Assembly (NCBI GenBank): GCA_020833645.1
Contig: JAJHRQ010000009.1
Coordinates: 313 to 32,312 of the forward strand
Length of the DNA: 32,000 nt
Reading direction: 5' to 3'
DNA from: Thermocrinis sp.
Lineage (GTDB): Bacteria; Aquificota; Aquificia; Aquificales; Aquificaceae
A program made the translations under genes and the position numbers. The first letter of the stretch is position 1. Each line of letters starts with the position of its first letter. The notes beneath the pieces were generated by a model, which made no database searches, was not told the DNA's origin, and was given only the letters and a program-made list of their open reading frames with translations. Shown here one piece after another: positions 23,635 to 32,000 of this stretch.

Positions 23635-24853
23635 GGCTAAAAAGTTCCTTCAGGTTCAGCTTAACTTGCTCTCCTGTGTGCAAGTTCTTTATGGACACGC
23701 TCTCTTCCTTCATCTCATCCTCACCCACTATGACCGCATAATCAGCTTTTAGCTTGTTTGCCAGCTCCAACTGTTTTTTTAAACCTGCCCTTTTGTAAGA
23801 AAGTTCCACCCTCTTACCCTTTTCTCTCAAAAGCTCGCAGACCTTCAGGGCATAGCTTACCGTATCTTCTCCCAAGGGAATTACCATATAAAGGGGCTGT
23901 CTTTGCGGAAGCTCTTTAACCAACATTGCCACCCTTTCCACACCAACTGCAAAGCCTACCGCCGGCGTTGGCACTCCACCCATCTCCTCCACAAGATAAT
24001 CATACCTTCCACCCGCTATTATGGTTATACCCAGCTCCCGGGAGACTACCTCAAAGACGGTTTTTGTGTAGTAGTCCAATCCTCTTACCAGGTTAGGGTT
24101 TTCCACGTAGGGAATGCCCATGATGTTCAAATACTCAAGCAGTTTTTGATAGTGTTCCCTGCACTCTTCACACAGAAAATCCACCATCTTGGGCGCATCC
24201 TTAACTGCAGATTTGCAGGTGGGCACTTTGCAGTCTAAAACCCTGAGAGGATTTCTGTCCTTTCTGCCTATACAGTCCTCACACAGATGTCCAGCTACCT
24301 GTTCCAAGTATTGTACTAGGGCTTCCCTGTATGCGGGCCTACACACCTTACAGCCTATGGAATTGACCTCTACCACCGCCTCTATCTTTAGCTCTTTTAC
24401 CACCTTGTGGGCAATGCTTATTACCTCCGCATCCACGAGAGGGTCTAAGCTTCCAAAGACCTCGCCCCCTATCTGGTGGAACTGACGGTATCTTCCCGCC
24501 TGAGGTCTTTCATACCTGAACATGGGTCCTTCGTAAAAGAGTTTCGTGTAGGGCTTTAGGGCAAACATCCTGTTTTGAACAAAGGCTCTTACCACCCCCG
24601 CAGTGCCCTCAGGCCTAAGTGCCAACATCCTTCCCTTTTTATCAGGGAATACAAACATCTCCTTCTGGACAATGTCCGTCGCTTCTCCTATGCTCCTTTG
24701 AAAGACCTCCGCATACTCCACCACCGGCAGTATGATCTCCTCAAAGTTGTAGAGCTCAAGGATCCTTCTTACGGTCTGCCTTACCGCGTTGAACCTCTCA
24801 AGCTCCTCTCCAAAGATGTCGTGAAAACCCCTTACGCTTCTGAACTCTTCCAT
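23624..24853 (-). CDS. hisS: Histidine--tRNA ligase
   Basis: Class II aaRS motifs are present (RGFHDIF, MFRYERPQAGRYRQFHQ, GGRYD). The likely start is the ATG at 24853 (MEEFRSVRGFHD). The tracked 24916 start overlaps the upstream small ORF. Confidence 0.93.
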   Translation of the reverse strand: MEEFRSVRGFHDIFGEELERFNAVRQTVRRILELYNFEEIILPVVEYAEVFQRSIGEATDIVQKEMFVFPDKKGRMLALRPEGTAGVVRAFVQNRMFALKPYTKLFYEGPMFRYERPQAGRYRQFHQIGGEVFGSLDPLVDAEVISIAHKVVKELKIEAVVEVNSIGCKVCRPAYREALVQYLEQVAGHLCEDCIGRKDRNPLRVLDCKVPTCKSAVKDAPKMVDFLCEECREHYQKLLEYLNIMGIPYVENPNLVRGLDYYTKTVFEVVSRELGITIIAGGRYDYLVEEMGGVPTPAVGFAVGVERVAMLVKELPQRQPLYMVIPLGEDTVSYALKVCELLREKGKRVELSYKRAGLKKQLELANKLKADYAVIVGEDEMKEESVSIKNLHTGEQVKLNLKELFSHVL

Positions 24854-24860
24854 GCAAAAA

Positions 24861-25078
24861 TTATAAGTATATCTCCTGCGAAAACTCGCTCTCCCGCCCG
24901 ATCCTGAGCCTATCAAGGATCGCCTTTGCCCTCAGGGAGTCCTTTGGCAATACCACCTCCCTGCCACTGCCTATTACCTTTATTTCTCTGTCTGAGACCT
25001 CTATGCGAAGGGGCACCTCCCTTGTGTCAGAAAAAATATATTCTTATCCTTGAGTTGTTCCCTCTCAAAAACCATCAT
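24861..25078 (-). pseudogene. Small ORF with a strong SD, interrupted by a frame change at a T6 run (72 aa if read with a -1 shift)
   Basis: The SD AAGGAGGTGG is followed by ATGATG at 25078. Frame 0 stops after 25 codons, at 25001-25003. The -1 frame is open from the T6 run (25031-25036) to a TAA at 24861, 7 nt before the hisS ATG. Confidence 0.45.
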
Positions 25079-25119
25079 TTCTACCACCTCCTTAGGAAAA
25101 AACTTATACCTTATGTGAA

Positions 25120-25159
25120 TTGAGAGTATGATTTTCACCTCTGATATAATTGATATAAT
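25120..25159 (+). promoter_or_regulatory. Candidate sigma-70-type promoter for panC with a tandemly duplicated -10 element
   Basis: TTGAGA (25120-25125) is followed 19 bp later by TATAAT (25145-25150). The 9-mer TGATATAAT is duplicated in tandem (25142-25150 and 25151-25159). Confidence 0.3.
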
Positions 25160-25180
25160 TATTTAGCTTGGTGAAAAGCC

Positions 25181-26044
25181 ATGCCGAAACTCTTCAAGAA
25201 AATAAAGGAAATTAGAAACTTTTTGAAGGAATTGAGATGTAACGGGAGCAATCTGTCGGTGGGTTTCGTTCCCACGATGGGATACCTACACAAAGGCCAC
25301 ATGGAACTGATAAAGCTCTCAAAGCTCCAAAACGAGATTACCGTAGTTAGCATATACGTCAATCCCCTCCAGTTTGGGGCAGGTGAAGACTACGAAAGAT
25401 ATCCACGGGACTTGGAGAGGGACCTTGCCATGTGCGAAGAGGCGGGTGTGGATGTGGTGTTTGCCCCCGAAGACCAAGAGATGTACCCTGAGCTACCCAA
25501 GGTAAAAATAGACATACCCGGGCTCACCGATAGGTTAGAGGGTGCTTACAGACCCGGGCACTTCAACGGTGTAGCCATAGTGGTTCTAAAGTTGCTCCAT
25601 ATAGTCCAACCCGACAGGGCTTACTTTGGGGAAAAGGACTACCAACAGCTAAAGGTGGTGGAAAGGCTCGTAAAGGACCTCTCTTTACCGGTTGAGATTG
25701 TGCCTGTGCCCACCGTTAGGGAAGAGGACGGGCTCGCCTGCAGTTCAAGGAATGTGTATTTGAGCCCGGAGGAGAGGCAGAGCGCTTCGGCCATTTACAG
25801 GTCCTTTTTGCTTGCCCAGAAGCTCTTTCAATCCGGAAACACGGACGCAAACCTGCTAAAGGAAGCTATAAAGGATTTTCTTTTGAAGCAACCCCATGTT
25901 AGAAAGATTGATTATGTGGAAATAACGGATGAGGAGTTAAACCCGGTGGAGGAGGTAAAGGAGGGCGATAGAATTTTGGTTGCCCTTTATGTGGGCAGCA
26001 CGAGGCTAATAGACAACTGGAGGCTCAGTCATGAGAATTTATGA
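25181..26044 (+). CDS. panC: Pantoate--beta-alanine ligase
   Basis: 287 aa with the motif [14 protein letters not shown] and a typical PanC C-terminal region. Confidence 0.95.
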   Translation: MPKLFKKIKEIRNFLKELRCNGSNLSVGFVPTMGYLHKGHMELIKLSKLQNEITVVSIYVNPLQFGAGEDYERYPRDLERDLAMCEEAGVDVVFAPEDQEMYPELPKVKIDIPGLTDRLEGAYRPGHFNGVAIVVLKLLHIVQPDRAYFGEKDYQQLKVVERLVKDLSLPVEIVPVPTVREEDGLACSSRNVYLSPEERQSASAIYRSFLLAQKLFQSGNTDANLLKEAIKDFLLKQPHVRKIDYVEITDEELNPVEEVKEGDRILVALYVGSTRLIDNWRLSHENL

Positions 26045-26495
26045 AGGAAAGCTAACCGCAAGGGGGCTAAAGATAGGCATTGTGGCGAGTAGGTTTAACC
26101 ATACCCTCGTGGAAAGGCTGGTGGAGGGTGCAATAGACTGCTTTCTAAGACACGAAGGAGAAGAGGAGAACCTTACCCTTGTTAGGGTGCCGGGTTCTTG
26201 GGAGATTCCCATGGCGGTTAAGGAGCTACTTGTAAAGGAAGAGATAGAGGGTGTGGTAGCTTTGGGTGTCCTCATAAGGGGTGCCACTCCTCACTTTGAA
26301 TACATAGCCAACGAGGTCTCAAAGGGTCTGGCAATGCTCAGCTTGGAGCACAGAAAGCCCGTTTCCTTTGGGATCATAACCGCAGACACCTTAGAACAGG
26401 CCATAGAGAGGGCTGGCACAAAGCACGGCAACAAAGGATGGGACGCCATGCTCTCCACCATAGAGATGGTCAATCTCTTTAGGACCCTTAGATGA
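26031..26495 (+). CDS. ribH: 6,7-dimethyl-8-ribityllumazine synthase
   Basis: 154 aa with the motifs [15 protein letters not shown] and THFEYI-like ([11 protein letters not shown]). Confidence 0.95.
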   Translation: MRIYEGKLTARGLKIGIVASRFNHTLVERLVEGAIDCFLRHEGEEENLTLVRVPGSWEIPMAVKELLVKEEIEGVVALGVLIRGATPHFEYIANEVSKGLAMLSLEHRKPVSFGIITADTLEQAIERAGTKHGNKGWDAMLSTIEMVNLFRTLR

Positions 26496-26896
26496 TATAC
26501 AAAACGAAAGCAAGAGAAGACGCCTTCTTGGTGCTCTATCAGTGGGACATAAGAGGGGGTAGTATAGAGGAGCTTATTGAGGAGTATCTTTCTATGAACA
26601 GGGTAAAAAACAGCGAGCAGAGAAGATACATGCGTAAGCTCATAAGAACATACTTTGAACACGCGGGTGATGTAGACAAAACCATATCCGATAACTTGGA
26701 AAACTGGGACTTTGACCGGCTTGGATACGTAGAAAGGGCAATCCTAAGGTTGGCAACTGCAGAGCTTTTATACGCAAAGGTTAAAAACCCAAAGGTGGTT
26801 ATCAAAGACTACATGAACGTAACTTACAAGTATGCGGGAAGCAAACCCAGCAAGTTTGTAAACGGAATAATTTCAAAGATCCTAAAGGCGCCTTAA
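26492..26896 (+). CDS. nusB: Transcription antitermination factor NusB
   Basis: 134 aa, all-helical, in the conserved ribH-nusB linkage. It contains the [11 protein letters not shown] motif. Confidence 0.9.
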   Translation: MIYKTKAREDAFLVLYQWDIRGGSIEELIEEYLSMNRVKNSEQRRYMRKLIRTYFEHAGDVDKTISDNLENWDFDRLGYVERAILRLATAELLYAKVKNPKVVIKDYMNVTYKYAGSKPSKFVNGIISKILKAP

Positions 26897-27096
26897 ACCT
26901 TCTCCTTGTTTACCTCTTCGCCCTTAACTTCTTTTACTTTCTTTTCTTCTTCGGTCTCGCCAGCGAGGGCCTTCTTAAAGTTCCTTATGCCTTCTCCCAA
27001 ACCTCTGCCCACCTCGGGCAACCTTGACGCTCCAAAGAGTAAAAAGACTATGAGAAGTATTACCAACAGCTCCGTCAAATTGGGCATGTGAAGCAT
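26893..27096 (-). CDS. tatA: Twin-arginine translocase subunit TatA/E
   Basis: It contains [36 protein letters not shown]. The SD AAGGAGGT lies 7 nt before the ATG at 27096. The tracked 27213 start is an over-extension into the upstream gene. Confidence 0.85.
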   Translation of the reverse strand: MLHMPNLTELLVILLIVFLLFGASRLPEVGRGLGEGIRNFKKALAGETEEEKKVKEVKGEEVNKEKV

Positions 27097-27101
27097 ATTC
27101 C

Positions 27102-28043
27102 TTACCTCCTTAAGTATGATTTTAACCACTCTATGGTTTTTTTCAAGCCATCCCTTAGAGAGGTTTTTGGCTCCCAGCCTAAAAGGTTCTTTGCCTTTGT
27201 AATATCCGGACATCTTCTTTTTGGGTCATCCTCTCTTGCCTCCAGAATCTGTATAGGAGAGTTGGAATTGGTAAGTTCTACCACCAGCTTTGCGAGGTCA
27301 AGGATGCTTATCTCCTCCGGGCTACCCAGGTTTATTACCTCTCCCCCTATCCCATCCTTTATGGACGCCCTGAATATGCCCTCCACCATGTCCTCTATGT
27401 AGCAAAAGCTACGGGTTTGGGTGCCCCCTCCGTGGACGGGTATGGGCTCGCCCCTCAGGGCTTTGTACAGAAAGGTGGGCACCACCCTACCATCTCCGAT
27501 CCTCATCCTCTCACCGTAGGTGTTGAATATTCTCAAAATCCTAACGTCCACTCCATGCTCCCGGTGATAAGCCATGCACAGGGCCTCCGAAAATCTCTTG
27601 GCTTCCGCATAGACACTTCGAACTCCTACGGGGTTCACGTTGCCCCAGTAATCCTCCCTCTGTGGATGCACTAAAGGGTCCCCATATACCTCCGAAGAGG
27701 ATGCAAACACATAACGGGCGGACTTCAGCTTGGCAAGTCCCAAGGTGTTCAGCGTTCCCAAAGAATCCACCTTCATGGTATGTATAGGATGGTTGAGATA
27801 ATCCACCGGAGACGCAGGGCACGCAAAGTGAAGGATAATGTCCAGAGGACCTTCTATGTATATGTAATTGACCACGTTGTAGTGAATGAACTTAAACCTC
27901 GGGTGTCCCAAAAGATGGGCTATGTTGTCGGGACTGCCAGTGATGAAGTTGTCCATGCCTATAACTTCAAAGCCCTCTGCCAAGAACTTATCGCAAAGAT
28001 GAGAACCAATAAAGCCCGCGCACCCCGTTATCAAAACGCGCAT
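27102..28043 (-). CDS. NAD-dependent epimerase/dehydratase, UDP-glucuronate decarboxylase-like
   Basis: 313 aa with a Rossmann motif GCAGFIGSH and the extended-SDR YxxxK motif (YAEAKR). Confidence 0.85.
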   Translation of the reverse strand: MRVLITGCAGFIGSHLCDKFLAEGFEVIGMDNFITGSPDNIAHLLGHPRFKFIHYNVVNYIYIEGPLDIILHFACPASPVDYLNHPIHTMKVDSLGTLNTLGLAKLKSARYVFASSSEVYGDPLVHPQREDYWGNVNPVGVRSVYAEAKRFSEALCMAYHREHGVDVRILRIFNTYGERMRIGDGRVVPTFLYKALRGEPIPVHGGGTQTRSFCYIEDMVEGIFRASIKDGIGGEVINLGSPEEISILDLAKLVVELTNSNSPIQILEAREDDPKRRCPDITKAKNLLGWEPKTSLRDGLKKTIEWLKSYLRR

Positions 28044-28108
28044 CGGAGATATTTTAAATTCGTTTCTACCATTGAAAAGTAATGGGATAAGGTTAAAATC
28101 TCTACCTT

Positions 28109-29401
28109 GTGAGAGTTATTATCATTTTACTTTTGGAGGTGTTTCTGATGGCTTACGCCCTTGCGGTGCAAGATTTGGCAAAGTATAAACTCAAAAACGG
28201 TGCCACCTTGGTGGTAAAGCGTAGGGATGACACAGAGGCGGTTTCTTTGCAGGTTTGGTTCAAGGTGGGCTCCATAGAGGAAAACTACCAACAGAAGGGC
28301 ATGGCACACTTTTTGGAACACATGCTCTTTAACGGTTCTGAAAAGTATCCTTACGGGGAGATAGACAGGTTGGTGGAGGGCATGGGTGGGAGGATGAACG
28401 CGGGCACATCCAAAGAATACACCTTTTACTACATAACCGTAGCAAAGCCCTATTGGAAGCCTGCCCTTGAGGTTCTCTACCAACTCACCCAAAAGCCCTT
28501 GCTCTCTGAGGATATGGTGGAAAAGGAAAAGCCCATAGTTATAGAGGAGCTAAGAAGGGGCAAGGATGACCCTATAAACCTTCTTTGGGAAGAGTTTGAA
28601 AAGCTGGTCTATAAAGCTTCTCCCTACAGGCACCCCATCATAGGCTACGAAGAGACCATAAGCAAGTTCACAAGGGAGAGCCTTTCGGAGTTCTTTCGCA
28701 ACTATTATCAGCCCCAGAATATGGTGATCGTAGTGGTGGGCGATGTGGAGCCCTCGGAGGTTAAAAGCTTGGTGGAGGAGACCTTTGGTAAAGAGGCCGG
28801 AAAGCCCGTAAAAAGAGCCCAGTATGTGCCAGAGCCTGAGCAGTTGGAAAACCGCTTTAAGGAGATAAAAGATAAAAGGTTAGAGAGGGCATACTGGATC
28901 ATGGGTTGGAGGGTAATGCCTGTAGCGGTAAAAGACTACTACGCCCTTTTGGTGCTGGACCAGATCCTCGGAAACGGTAGGACATCCCTTTTCTACAAAG
29001 AACTGGTGGAAAAGGGGTTAGCGTATTCGGTATCCTCGGGAGACTTTGCAAGACCAAGGGATAACATTTTTGTTATATCCGCCAGCTTTGAGCCAAGCAG
29101 GTATAAAGAGGTAAAAGAAAGAGTAGTGCAGATTTTACAGGAGCTCCCTCAGACCCTGACCGACGAGGAGGTGCAAAAGGCAAAGCAAAGGATTATAAAC
29201 TCGGAGGTCTTTGCCCTTGAGAGAGCTCAAAGGGAAGCCTATTACATTGGATACTCCCTGACAGTGGTGGGACTTTTGGACTACTACCTTTACTTTGAAA
29301 GCAACATAAGGTCCGTCAGAAAAAAGGATGTTCTGAATGTGCTGGAAAAGTACATACTCAGCAAGCCTTACTCGGAAATTTTGATGGTACCAGAAAGATG
29401 A
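28109..29401 (+). CDS. M16 family zinc peptidase (active subunit)
   Basis: 430 aa with the inverted zinc motif HFLEHMLF (HxxEH). The start is GTG. Confidence 0.85.
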   Translation: MRVIIILLLEVFLMAYALAVQDLAKYKLKNGATLVVKRRDDTEAVSLQVWFKVGSIEENYQQKGMAHFLEHMLFNGSEKYPYGEIDRLVEGMGGRMNAGTSKEYTFYYITVAKPYWKPALEVLYQLTQKPLLSEDMVEKEKPIVIEELRRGKDDPINLLWEEFEKLVYKASPYRHPIIGYEETISKFTRESLSEFFRNYYQPQNMVIVVVGDVEPSEVKSLVEETFGKEAGKPVKRAQYVPEPEQLENRFKEIKDKRLERAYWIMGWRVMPVAVKDYYALLVLDQILGNGRTSLFYKELVEKGLAYSVSSGDFARPRDNIFVISASFEPSRYKEVKERVVQILQELPQTLTDEEVQKAKQRIINSEVFALERAQREAYYIGYSLTVVGLLDYYLYFESNIRSVRKKDVLNVLEKYILSKPYSEILMVPER

Positions 29402-30654
29402 GCGTCTTTCTTCTTATAATTTTTTTCCTTTTTAGTTTAGCCTACGGAGGTGCAAAGTTGAAAGAGGTAAATCTAGAAAACGGCGTAAAGTTGATCATAA
29501 AGGAGACAAAGGGTAGGGGTATAGTGGCGGGTAGCATCTTCATAAAGTCTGGCACCCATGGGGAAGAGAAAAGGGGAATCACAAACCTTATGGCAAGCCT
29601 TTTGACAAAAGGGACAAAGACCTTCAGCTCCTACCATATTGCCAGTGCCTTTGAGGACTGGGGCGGTAGCATAGAAGCCTCCACCGCAGACGATTACATC
29701 TATATTAACTTCTCCACAAGACCGGAGGGGCTTGAGCAGGGGCTAAGGGTGATAGAGAGCATCCTTTTGGAGCCCACCTTTCCAGAGGAACAACTACAGG
29801 TGGAAAAAAGAAGGGTCATAGCAAGCATAAGGTCCCGGAGGGAAGACGGCTTTGAGCTTGCCATGGAAAGGCTCAGGCTGATAACCTACAGGGGAACATC
29901 TTACGAAGTAGCTCCCGAAGGAAGGGAGGAGGATGTGGAAAAGGTAGAGAGGGAGGACCTTATAAAAAGATGGCAACAGGTTCTGAAGGGTAAAAACGTT
30001 GTTGTAGCTGTGGTGGGAGATATGCCATTGGAAGAGTTAGAAAAAAGGCTTAGGGCTGTCTTTTCCAAGTTGCCCTCTGGCGAGTTCAACCTTAGGGCGG
30101 AGGACAAGCCCATAAAGGAGAGCTTAGTGGAAAGGGCTCAAAGGGAAGGTGCCCAGGCAACCATTTTATGTGCCTTTGAAGGCGTTCCACTGAATAGCCC
30201 GGACTTTTTCGCCCTTAGGGTTCTAAACAGCATACTGGGAGACGGCATGACTTCCAAACTCTTTAGCGAGCTCAGAGAAAAGAGGGGATACGCTTACGCT
30301 ACTTACTCTACGTTTCCCATAAGGCTGTACTCTCCAAGGGTCTTTGCATACATTGGCACTTCTCCGGACAAAAAAGAAAGTGCCCTAAAGGACCTGCTTT
30401 GGGTGGTGCAAGAGGCAGAGATAACCAATGAGGATTTAGAGCTCGCCAAGAAGAAGATCATAGGTGGCTATCTTTTGGACAGACAAACCAGAGGCAGACA
30501 AGCCTTCCAATTGGGCTTTTGGGAGGTAATGGGCTTTGGCTACAAAATGGACCAAGAGTACGTGAAATACATAGAAAATGTGCGCCTTGAGGATGTCTTA
30601 AGAGTAAGGGAGAGCCTAAAAAAAGCCTATCAGTGCGTGGTGGTGGAGCCGTAG
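29398..30654 (+). CDS. M16 family peptidase-like protein (lacks HxxEH)
   Basis: 418 aa, paralogous to the upstream ORF and joined to it by an ATGA overlap. The motif position reads NLMASLLTKGT. Confidence 0.8.
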   Translation: MSVFLLIIFFLFSLAYGGAKLKEVNLENGVKLIIKETKGRGIVAGSIFIKSGTHGEEKRGITNLMASLLTKGTKTFSSYHIASAFEDWGGSIEASTADDYIYINFSTRPEGLEQGLRVIESILLEPTFPEEQLQVEKRRVIASIRSRREDGFELAMERLRLITYRGTSYEVAPEGREEDVEKVEREDLIKRWQQVLKGKNVVVAVVGDMPLEELEKRLRAVFSKLPSGEFNLRAEDKPIKESLVERAQREGAQATILCAFEGVPLNSPDFFALRVLNSILGDGMTSKLFSELREKRGYAYATYSTFPIRLYSPRVFAYIGTSPDKKESALKDLLWVVQEAEITNEDLELAKKKIIGGYLLDRQTRGRQAFQLGFWEVMGFGYKMDQEYVKYIENVRLEDVLRVRESLKKAYQCVVVEP

Positions 30655-30703
30655 GTGAGCTTAATCACAGCATTGTCCGTTTGAGAAGCTATCTTTAATA
30701 GCA

Positions 30704-31867
30704 ATGGTTGAACTTCCTTTGGAGCTAATCCAAAAATGTGTGAAGTGCGCCTTGTGTAAGTCGGTATGCCCTACCTATCCCTACATCCAAGAGGAGGCAG
30801 GCTACGCAAGGGGAAGGCTCGTTTTGGCAGAAATGCTTCTCAGTGGTGAGCTAAAAGACGGAGAAGCATACAAGCACCTGGATCAGTGTGCCATGTGTAG
30901 AAGGTGCGAATGGGTCTGTCCCAACGGAGTGGAGTATAAAGAAATCGTAGCTACCGTCAGAAATACTCAAAGGAAATCCTTCGTTAAATCTGCCGGGTTA
31001 AAAAGCTTGGAGCTTTTGCAGTCGGAAGTAGGGCGAAAGGTAATCAAGCTAACGGGCAAGCTCATGGAAAAGTTGCCCTTTGAGGAGGTGAAGGTGCCCT
31101 TTCCTACCGGTGCGGTAAAGTTTATGCCAAAGCCAGACGGAAAAGCCTTTAGCCTGAGGGGAAAGACCTTTAAGGCTGAGCAAAAAAAGGGTGTGCTCTT
31201 GTTCTTCACAGGCTGTATGATAGACGCCTTTTACTCAAAGACAGGGGAGAACGTTATAAAGCTTATGAACAGGGCAGGCTGGACGGTGGTGGTGCCAGAG
31301 GATATTAAATGCTGTGGTGCTCCCCATTACTACTCGGGCGACAAAGAAGCCTTTGAAAGATTGAAAGAACACAACCTGAAGGAAATGGAAAAATACCAGT
31401 TTGATGCGGTGGTGGTAGCCTGTCCCACCTGCGGTGGTGCCCTTCAAGAGGACTATGGTCTGAAGAAAAAGGTATATGACTTTGCGGAGCTACTCTTTGA
31501 AAGCAACCTAACCTTTAAAGGTAAAGGAACAAAAACCACCTTTCATGTGCCCTGCCACTCTTACAGCGCCATGAAGGTAAGCGACAAAGTCTTCTATGGC
31601 TTGCTAAAAAGGGTAGAGGGCGACCAATTGATAAAGGGTGAAAAGGATAAATCCTGCTGTGGCTTTGCGGGGCTCTTTTCCATAACAAACCCTAAGCTAT
31701 CCAAGAGCATACAACAGGAGAAGATTGAAGACCTAAAAAAGACGGGTGCGGAGGTGGTGCTTACCTCTTGTCCCGGTTGTGTGCTAAACCTTAGGGATGG
31801 CACGAAGGCAAACAAAACCAACCAAAAGGTTATGCACCTTGCGGATTACCTGGCAGATTGTTTATAA
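30704..31867 (+). CDS. (Fe-S)-binding protein, GlcF / heterodisulfide-reductase-like
   Basis: 387 aa with two 4Fe-4S ferredoxin motifs (CVKCALCKSVCP, CAMCRRCEWVCP) and two CCG-type Cys-rich domains (CCGAP, CCGFAG). Confidence 0.8.
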   Translation: MVELPLELIQKCVKCALCKSVCPTYPYIQEEAGYARGRLVLAEMLLSGELKDGEAYKHLDQCAMCRRCEWVCPNGVEYKEIVATVRNTQRKSFVKSAGLKSLELLQSEVGRKVIKLTGKLMEKLPFEEVKVPFPTGAVKFMPKPDGKAFSLRGKTFKAEQKKGVLLFFTGCMIDAFYSKTGENVIKLMNRAGWTVVVPEDIKCCGAPHYYSGDKEAFERLKEHNLKEMEKYQFDAVVVACPTCGGALQEDYGLKKKVYDFAELLFESNLTFKGKGTKTTFHVPCHSYSAMKVSDKVFYGLLKRVEGDQLIKGEKDKSCCGFAGLFSITNPKLSKSIQQEKIEDLKKTGAEVVLTSCPGCVLNLRDGTKANKTNQKVMHLADYLADCL

Positions 31868-31876
31868 TGTTTGCCA

Positions 31877-32000
31877 ATGCTCAAGCAAGAGGATATAGTG
31901 GCAAGAAGCGTCTCCATTGAGGTAATTGGAGAAATCCACCGTTGCAACGAGGGGGAATATTCCAAGTTCTACTGCCTACCCGTAAAGATCATCTTTGACA
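31877..32000 (+). CDS. Partial ORF, unknown product, runs off the right edge
   Basis: My own translation from the ATG at 31877 is MLKQEDIVARSVSIEVIGEIHRCNEGEYSKFYCLPVKIIFD, open to the window end. Confidence 0.3.
   Translation, partial: MLKQEDIVARSVSIEVIGEIHRCNEGEYSKFYCLPVKIIFD

Noticed and set aside
24926-25123. 65-aa plus-strand ORF between hisS and panC
   Set aside because: It has no SD and a Pro/Leu/Cys-rich translation. The opposite strand carries a far better candidate with a strong SD (see the frameshift finding).
1-32000. CRISPR arrays, rRNA genes, and recognisable defence or toxin-antitoxin cassettes
   Set aside because: I saw no regularly spaced direct repeats, no rRNA-like sequence, and no ORFs with motifs I could assign to known defence systems.

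Overview
This window is a compact bacterial chromosome segment. The housekeeping proteins look Aquificales-like, which I infer from sequence style and have not searched. Host genes are glgB (disrupted), ilvD, dnaB, an archaeal-type RNA ligase, tRNA-Lys(CTT), uppP, purS-purQ, purH, an NtrC-family sigma-54 activator, thiL, hisS, panC-ribH-nusB, tatA, a UDP-glucuronate-decarboxylase-like SDR, an M16 peptidase pair and a GlcF-like Fe-S protein. The main finding is a ~9.4 kb insertion (about 8.86-18.29 kb) between a DUF3108-like gene and purS with the full architecture of a filamentous (inovirus-like) prophage. On the minus strand it carries an HUH rolling-circle Rep, a small OB-like ssDNA-binding candidate, an untracked 43-aa hydrophobic ORF, two signal-peptide coat-type proteins, Cys-rich membrane-anchored secreted proteins including a 675-aa pIII-like candidate, a pVI-like protein and a Zot/pI-like assembly ATPase. 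These are followed by a hairpin-rich intergenic region. An opposite-strand module holds an intact IS110-family DEDD recombinase preceded by a ~180-nt highly structured leader, which is a bridge-RNA candidate. No secretin gene is present. Two other observations: glgB is split by a 546-bp internally deleted IS with 13-bp terminal inverted repeats and a 9-bp target duplication, and a small ORF with a strong SD upstream of hisS needs a -1 shift at a T6 run to be read through.
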